Shown here: positions 56,779-64,000 of the stretch, piece by piece | Position numbering within the stretch: position 1 is the first letter of the stretch | Layout of the letters: every line of letters starts with the position of its first letter | Assembly: GCA_964016885.1 (NCBI GenBank) | Contig: OZ024741.1 | Coordinates: 44,206,001 to 44,270,000, forward strand | DNA: 64,000 nt | From: Eledone cirrhosa | Taxonomy: Eukaryota | Direction: 5' to 3' | Translations under genes and position numbers: made by a program | Notes under the pieces: generated by a model | What the model saw: only the letters and a program-made list of their open reading frames with translations | What the model was told of the DNA's origin: nothing | Database searches by the model: none

Positions 56779-58575
56779 TTTGAAATATAATTTCGAATAT
56801 AAATGTTAGACTCCCTGTCTACTTATGACTTACCCTGTGTGCGGCAAGCTTCACATTTGAATGTATTGTAAAACACAACCGATGGGATTTTATTCAGTTT
56901 CCGTCTGGACAATTCCACAAACAATGCTTGGGTCGATCCGAGGCTTTGTTAAAAAAATACTTATCCAACAATCTACGCATAAGGATCAAAATCGACACCT
57001 CATAATTACGAAGTTAACGTCTTAAGCAATGAACCATGCGAACGTCCATATTATGCAGATCCCACTCCGTAGAGAATCGTAACAGGCTGTTTCGTATGTT
57101 ATAGATAACGATCGGATAATAGCATCCTGCTTTTCACCATAGGTTATGTAACTTTGGTTACAACACAAAGCCTACATCAACAGAATAACTGAATCTGCGA
57201 GCAGCCGTCTTAGACGGGCTAGTATTTCTTTCATTCCAATTGTTGTTTAAATATAAATAAAGATCTTTTCTACTGATATTTTATGAAAATCCTATGAAAA
57301 TCCTTCCATTAGTTACATGAAGTGATTAAAGTATTATTGTTTAATTCTACTTGAACCATTTCTTCCTTGCTAAACATATCCGATTTTCTTCGAAAATTGC
57401 TGTCATAGAGAGCATTTATTATTCCAAATTCTGTGTAGTTAATTGATTTTTGGAATCAGCTAAAGAGCTACTGCGAAAAACACCGATAAAAAATGATCGC
57501 AAGCCATCGATTTCATTTTCATCATAATCATTACTATAGATGAGCTTTCGTATATATCCGCATGAAAATGAATCTAACAAAGAATATATATTGCTTAAAC
57601 AAATTTAATAAACAGTTTGAAAATATGTTTTTCATAAAAATATTAAAATAACAGACAATTTATTAAAATAGTTGCGAGAAAATAAACATTCTCATGGTGG
57701 AAGTTATTGACTATAACGCTGGAGACTTTATTAGAATATCTGATGGCGTGTACTGGGGAATAAATGATTGACTTTACACATATGCTATCATTCATAAAGA
57801 ACACTTAGTAAGTACCAACGGTACGCGTGATAATGAAATAAAGCCGATGCATTACAAATCTACAAAATTATATCAAACCCTCTTTACCACAAAAACCGAT
57901 ATTCACATATAATCATAAGCTGTGCTGTATACTGATAATTCGTCTCCAATGAATAAAATGTAGACAACACAGAAACAATATCTAATGAAAAAGCATAACA
58001 AAATATATGGAGATACTACAAAATCTGAGGAATAATTAAAAATTTAATAACTTAATAAGATGTTGTGTGAAAAACATTGCTAACGCGGAAAATCTTTATA
58101 TAACCTATACACTGCATATTGGATGATAAAAGAAAACATCGTCATAAAACGATTCCCTTCTCACAAAGATCTAGGGACTTAGAGGTACCTAAATGAATTA
58201 TTAAAATCATCCAGCGCTTACTGTTCAATCCAACATCACGTACATCAACATTTTTATATTTGTTCTGATTGAAAATATTATTAATAAGAAATTTGGGGCA
58301 AAAGGTGTTATTATGTATCAAGACACCGGAAGAGAAATGGGATTTTATATTAAGGATAAGTTCCGACATAAATTGACTGATCACCTGAACCTCTATCTTC
58401 TAACGTGGTTAAGTATTCCATAGATACGAATGTCCTTAACGTTATCCTAAAGCTGAATTAGCTGGACACAAAATGTAACAAAACTGGGCCTTTGACATAT
58501 AGGTACACTGTTCAATTTGTTATGGCCCTGCCTTGAATGAAAGACTTCAATGTACTGCGGGATAATTATTGTGCT

Positions 58576-58793
58576 TGAAGAAGAAGAAGAAGAAGAAGAA
58601 GAAGAAGAAGAAGAAGAAGAAGAAGAAGAAGAAGAAGAAGAAGAAGAAGAAGAAGAAGAAGAAGAAGAAGAAGAAGAAGAATTGTTTCTACGTTTGGCAC
58701 AAGGCCAGCAATTACCCAGTGCATTACTGGTACTTTATTTTATCGACCCCGTAAGGATGAAAGGCAAAGTTAACCTCGGCGGGATTTTAACTC
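58576..58793 (-). mobile_element. Truncated SINE S1 abutting a long (GAA)n/(TTC)n tract
   Basis: Core at 58681-58793, microsatellite at 58576-58680. Confidence 0.8.
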
Positions 58794-58812
58794 ATAATAA
58801 TAATAATAATAA

Positions 58813-60160
58813 TTATCAGACGGACAGAGAAGGAAGGGAAAAAACAAAGTCAGACAGTCAAACATTACATTACAATGAAACTTATGCTTATTCTTTTGGG
58901 GGTTTTTTTTTGCCTGTTTGTTTGTTTATTTATGTTCGTCTACAGCGTGATAGTGCCACACAAAAATCACCGGGAGTGATGAAATCACCGGTGGTTATGT
59001 AACCATACATTCACCAATCCTCGATAAGAGTGTTTAAATGTCGAATCTAAACAGTTCGAATAACGGTGAAGTGGAGACTAGAATGTCATGTGACAGACTC
59101 TCACCCAGCAGGTGCTCCCTGGCTCAGCAGCAGGGACCTGACTGTCAACCAAATACTGCTGGTGTCGGAGGAAGAAGAAGAAGGAAAGGGACCAGAACCA
59201 ACTGGACGAAAAAATTGAATAGAACTGTTATGCAATGTTACCTGAAGAGTAACCCCAAGGAGAAAGGCTATAGGAAACGGATACATAACATCTGGTCTAT
59301 TTAACGGATACATAACATTGGTCTATTTAAATTAGATGAAGAAAAATTGGCCGGACAGGCTCGGGTAATAAGAACTAATGGGTGGATAAGCGAGCTGGAA
59401 CTGGAGAAACTGAGCAGAGAGATTAGCTTGGAAATGGAGAGTGGAGTATGCCAGGCAAACGAGCCAGTGGGAAATGAAGGTGAAGAGGTTGAGAGAACGG
59501 AGGAACCATCCGAAGCAGACAATGATCTGAATGCTGAAATAAATAATACCTGGAACAAAGATACGGCCATTGAGGAGATGAATGCTGACGGGCTAGGACA
59601 AGATTTGGTTGATATCCTAAACTTATTTGTAGATGAATTGAACAATGATAGTGGGAAACCTATGAACCTAAGATTTGTAGACAGGAAAAAGTTAAAAGAA
59701 ACAACAGCTAAGGTAAACAAAGTCATCCCATACCTTGAGGCGAGGAGCCTTCACCAGTGTAACAATATCCTCAAAGCAACAGCAAATGCGGTGAGGAAAT
59801 TACATGATATAAAAGCGAGAGGAAACAACAAACAATAAAGATCATAGCCTTGGTGGAAGAAACGACTGAGTGGTCAAATCAGGGAAACGAGAAATGACAT
59901 TGGAAAGCTTGAGTCCCTACTGAATGGGACACTAAAAAACATAGACACTAACAATCGACTGGAAATAAAGTACAAAACTAGGAGGAAAATGCTAAATATT
60001 ATCATAGAGAAACTGAAGCAACGCATTGTAGCAAAGAGTGCAAAAATTAGACGATACGAGAGCAGAGTCAGTCAGTATAGACAGAACCGCATGTTTCACA
60101 ACAACCAGAAGATGCTGTTTGGACAGCTTGAGGGGAAAGAAAGAGGGAACGACTTGATCC
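58813..60160 (+). mobile_element. R4/Dong-clade non-LTR retrotransposon, 5' half (ORF from 59038, disrupted, no RT)
   Basis: RTNWTKKLNRTVMQCY..GYRKRI, KLAGQARVI..GWISELELE, PWWKKRL, KIRRYE..YRQNRMF..NQK. Preceded by (TAA)n, the known Dong target. Confidence 0.8.
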
Positions 60161-62273
60161 TCTTGGTAACCGACCCTCTAAAGTCTCCAACTGCGTTGGG
60201 GAATTTTTGTTTTAAAGGTTTATATTGTTCTAATGAGATTTCGATGATACTTATGTTTGACGGGAGAGTTCTTGGTGTTGGTGGGGTGTAGGAATTTTTT
60301 TCCGTGATGTCTGTGTACTGCTTTATATATTTTATGAGTTCTTTTTTAGCTATGTTTATGGCTGTGTACTTTTTGGGGGGAGGGGTGATTTTGTTGCCGT
60401 TTTCTTCTTGTTGCTGTTTGGTGTGTGGGTCTTGTTGTGTTTGCGTTGTTGGTGTTTGTGGTGGTGTTGCTGCAAGTTTCCTTGCTGCCTTTACCCCTCT
60501 GTGTATGCCTTCGCTTTTGGAGGGTGAATCTAATGTTTTTTTTGTTTTTTGTTTTTTGTTTTTTGTGGCAGACTGTTTGCCACGTCACTCCCGCCTCAAA
60601 CTCCATGTCGGATTATGTGGCTTCTCGGAGGGGTATGTGCTCCACGGCTGTTGGTGGTGGTGGTGGAGCCCTCTTCCGCAATGTTGTTGCTGGTGTAGCT
60701 ATTTCAAATGTGGCTATTGGTGTTGCCGCTACTGATGATGCTGCTTTAGTTATCCGTGGCCTTGGTACGGGTGCTACGGACGTTGCCCTCCTAATCACCG
60801 TGGAACGGGCTTCTTCGTTTGTTGCCTGTCCTGCTCTTGGTAGCAGCGGACCAGGTATTGGAAGGAGAGGGGCCCTCTTCGGTGTCTTCTGCGGGCAAAA
60901 GGCCCTGAGGTGACCTTTCGACCCACAGAGATAACATTTTGGCCGTCCTCCTTCTACACTTATAGGGAGTTGGAGTCCTTCCTCAAAGTCTATGATATCG
61001 GGGATAGCCTCGATACATTCCTGGTCAGTTTGTATAAGCATGAGCATGCCTATACCTGGCCAGTTCTCTCTCCCTATTTTTTCTACTTGCAGTATGGTCG
61101 CCCTGTTCTCAATTCCAGCAAGGACAGACGCGGCCAGCCAAGGTATGGGCACGTCGGGTTGGACCTTGGTCACTTTGACCCTCACAATTTTCTGCCTGCA
61201 GTAGGAGGGCACCAAGACTAACTCCTCACTCTTTAGGGTTTCCAAAGTGTGAGACTTTGCTTCCTGGGGGGTGGCGAAAAGTACGCCTACTGTGGCGTAC
61301 TTTCTGCCTCGGGTGATGTGGGTTTTGCGTACCCAGACGCACCCCAAGGCCTTTTGGATTTGAACCTCCGTGGCTCTCTCCACTCGATGTGAGATTTTGG
61401 TTACGGTGCGGTAAGTCACCGTTCGTAGCTGCTGGTCCTTGAAAAAATCGGGTGGAGGTTTCAGGGAAACTCTATTTGCGCTTCTTGTCACCATGGCCCT
61501 TGCGACTGCCATCTCCTCCTCTGTGACTAACACTATGCAGCTATTGGTCTTACTGGTGGTGCTGAGGTCGCTATTACAGGTATCGGTGTCATTGTTGTTC
61601 TTTTCGCTGGTACAGTTGTTGGTGTTGTTTTCGTTGATACTGTTGCTGCTGTTACTGTTATTGTGGCTGTTGTTATTATTGTTGTTTTTGTTGATACTGT
61701 TCCTACTATTATTGTTGTGGCTGTTGTTATTGTCATTGTTATTGTCGTTCTCGACCTTACCGCTGTTATTTTTGTTATTGTCGTTCTCGACCTTACCGCT
61801 GTTATTTTTGTTATTGTCGTTCTCGACTTTACCGTTGTTACTTTTGGTGTTGTTGTTTGTGATGTTGTTGGTGTTATTGTTGGTGTTGTTTGTGTTAGAA
61901 ATATTTGTTAATTTTAAATCTGTAACAATCTTTTTTTCCTTTGTAATATTTTCGTTTATATTTACCTCCGCTGGAACGCTGTCTTGTTGACATGCTGATA
62001 AAGTCTCCCTCTCTCTGTGTTGTCTGACAGCGCTCTCTATCTTTTTTGCGTTATTCATGTTGAAATTTTTCAAAAAATAATTTTACACAAATACGAAAAC
62101 GACACCCCGTAAAGGGGTGCCGTATTATTTACTAGTGAACCCCTGTATTAGGTGAGTCACTTCTTCTAAACTTTTATCAAATTTAAAACTTGAATAAAAG
62201 GTTTAGAACGGTTGAAAAAGAGGTAAAACGTTGAAAAAGACTGGAGGCGATAAGAAGCGTGGCTTCACCAACC
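60161..62273 (-). mobile_element. LINE 5' half (clade uncertain, Tx1/L1-like), lacking ORF2
   Basis: 5' UTR begins directly after (CTT)n(ATT)n. ORF1 is followed by an abrupt junction with the Dong fragment. Confidence 0.6.
60613..62073 (-). CDS. LINE ORF1/gag-like protein with Asn-rich region and CCHC zinc knuckle
   Basis: Open 486 aa frame with CYLCGSKGHLRAFC (CX2CX4HX4C), a Pro/Thr-rich C-terminus, and 33-bp NNKNNSGKVEND repeats. Confidence 0.75.
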   Translation of the reverse strand: MKNFNMNNAKKIESAVRQHRERETLSACQQDSVPAEVNINENITKEKKIVTDLKLTNISNTNNTNNNTNNITNNNTKSNNGKVENDNNKNNSGKVENDNNKNNSGKVENDNNNDNNNSHNNNSRNSINKNNNNNNSHNNSNSSNSINENNTNNCTSEKNNNDTDTCNSDLSTTSKTNSCIVLVTEEEMAVARAMVTRSANRVSLKPPPDFFKDQQLRTVTYRTVTKISHRVERATEVQIQKALGCVWVRKTHITRGRKYATVGVLFATPQEAKSHTLETLKSEELVLVPSYCRQKIVRVKVTKVQPDVPIPWLAASVLAGIENRATILQVEKIGRENWPGIGMLMLIQTDQECIEAIPDIIDFEEGLQLPISVEGGRPKCYLCGSKGHLRAFCPQKTPKRAPLLPIPGPLLPRAGQATNEEARSTVIRRATSVAPVPRPRITKAASSVAATPIATFEIATPATTLRKRAPPPPPTAVEHIPLREAT

Positions 62274-62308
<35 letters not shown>

Positions 62309-62929
62309 GAAGAAGAAGAAGTTATATAGAGGAATAATCGACCATATTAAAGTAGTACTGTATTTTTTAATCTCTTCAATTTGGCAGGTGAAGCTGGCCT
62401 CAGCGAATTCTAACTTAAAGTGCAGAAAGCCGGAACAAATATCAAAAGATCTAAAGGCTCTGCTAATTTGTCGCCTATTTAAATGATACAGAATTCGAAT
62501 ATGACCACCGTCACTTGTTGATAAATAAATCCCAAACTGATTTTAATACAGAAATAGGTCAACTCCTTTAACAAATAAACATACAGTGAAAGAAGCGGAA
62601 TAAGGAATTACGGTATTGAAACGTTTCTACTGCAGAACATTTATTGAAAATTTACTTTTTCTTTATGTTCCCATAAATAATTTATGGTGGGTCTTCCTAT
62701 ATGAAACAGCTGAACGTCAACAAGACATTTACAAATATTAAGGATATTGTATCATGTACTTGTTCACAGGAGAGCAGTAAAAATGCAGGTACTTAAGATA
62801 GGGAATGTAATGTTATCTGCAACATTAATAATGATTTTTCTTTTAGGCACAACAACTGGAATTTTGGGAAGGGTGGAAAAGTTGATTAAATTGATCCCAG
62901 TACTTGAGTAGTATTTTTTTATGGAGTCC

Positions 62930-63048
<119 letters not shown>

Positions 63049-64000
63049 GATATTAAATAAATGGAAACTATATTTATAAAACCATATTTAATATCGTATA
63101 TCTACTCCAAAAACTTGTCGAGTGCTTTATATCAGTTATAAAATATTTACTTGTTGTATCCCAACAATTTTAAATAGAACTGTTGCATATATATATATAT
63201 ATATATATATAAACGGAAAAAATGAAACGAAATTTCATTTCCCACTCTTAGTACGGCTGTTACTTAAATATAAGTATGCACACGTACATACATATATGTA
63301 TACAGACTTACAGTAGTATGTATATATATACATACATGCACATATATATATATATATGTACGTATGGATTCACCGAACATTTATTATAATGCTCGGTGTG
63401 TTTGTAAACAAACATCGCGTGTTAAGCCGTAGTGTCCAGCAACCACCGTTGCTCGTTTGTTCAACACTGACAACGGAACGCTGTACTAGTTTCAAGCTAT
63501 ATATATATATATATATTGGAAAATGTGTGTAATCCTTGGTACAGTTAGGTATATTAAGACAGGGGTGAAGAAAAAAATGGCTTCACTTGTGCTTTCAACA
63601 AATTTATTTCCTTCACAAAATCCAAAATTATTTTTTTATTTTTTTAATTCCTCCGGATTAGAAAAAACATTTTTTTTTTTAATTTTTATAAATTGAGTCG
63701 TTGGTTGTTGGTTAGGTCTTAGGAGTTCTTGGTTAACGTAGGAGGTATTGTTTCGTTTTTAGAAAGACCTTTCACGCTGATGTGCGCTTGTCAAACTGAT
63801 GTGTATGTGGTGTGTTGTTATATATATAGGGATTTAACATGTCTGTGGTGCAGTGTGTTTTTTCTCCCCCTTTAATAAGTGTAGGGGTGTAGGTGTGTTG
63901 AAAACATGTTAATAGCAGTAATGAGTTGAGACAGTGAGTAGGGTTGGGTGGGGAGAAATGTAGCATGCGCGGCCTGCCACGGTCATTCTCGAAAAATTCC

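Noticed and set aside
58550-59002. Poly-Glu protein ORF
   Set aside because: A chimeric read-through of (GAA)n, a SINE and the Dong 5' UTR.
61439-61990. Leu-rich membrane-like ORF on the + strand
   Set aside because: Antisense shadow of the Asn-rich (AAC/AAT) part of ORF1.

Overview
AT-rich, microsatellite-dense eukaryotic DNA. The SINE families and the repeat landscape suggest an octopus (cephalopod) genome; this is an inference from remembered repeats, not a database result. I can support no host protein-coding exon, and most ORFs in the track are translations of (TA)n, (CA)n or (TATG)n. The window is a mosaic of mobile elements. (1) Three decayed Penelope-like retroelements (RT with or without GIY-YIG, probably Naiad-like). 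(2) A decayed hAT-superfamily transposon and a hAT MITE. (3) Two copies of a probable non-autonomous Helitron plus another Helitron 3' end. (4) An R4/Dong LINE 5' half joined tail-to-tail to a CCHC ORF1 LINE 5' half. (5) RTE fragments, and a bipartite RTE-derived short element that builds arrays in (ATGT)n. (6) About a dozen tRNA-derived SINEs. The most notable hidden signal is a set of roughly 15-20 type I hammerhead-ribozyme motifs, from intact to degenerate, in several families. They sit in Penelope pseudo-LTRs and in short (TA)n-flanked modules that often form fold-back palindromes. All structures were folded by eye, and coordinates are approximate to a few bases.
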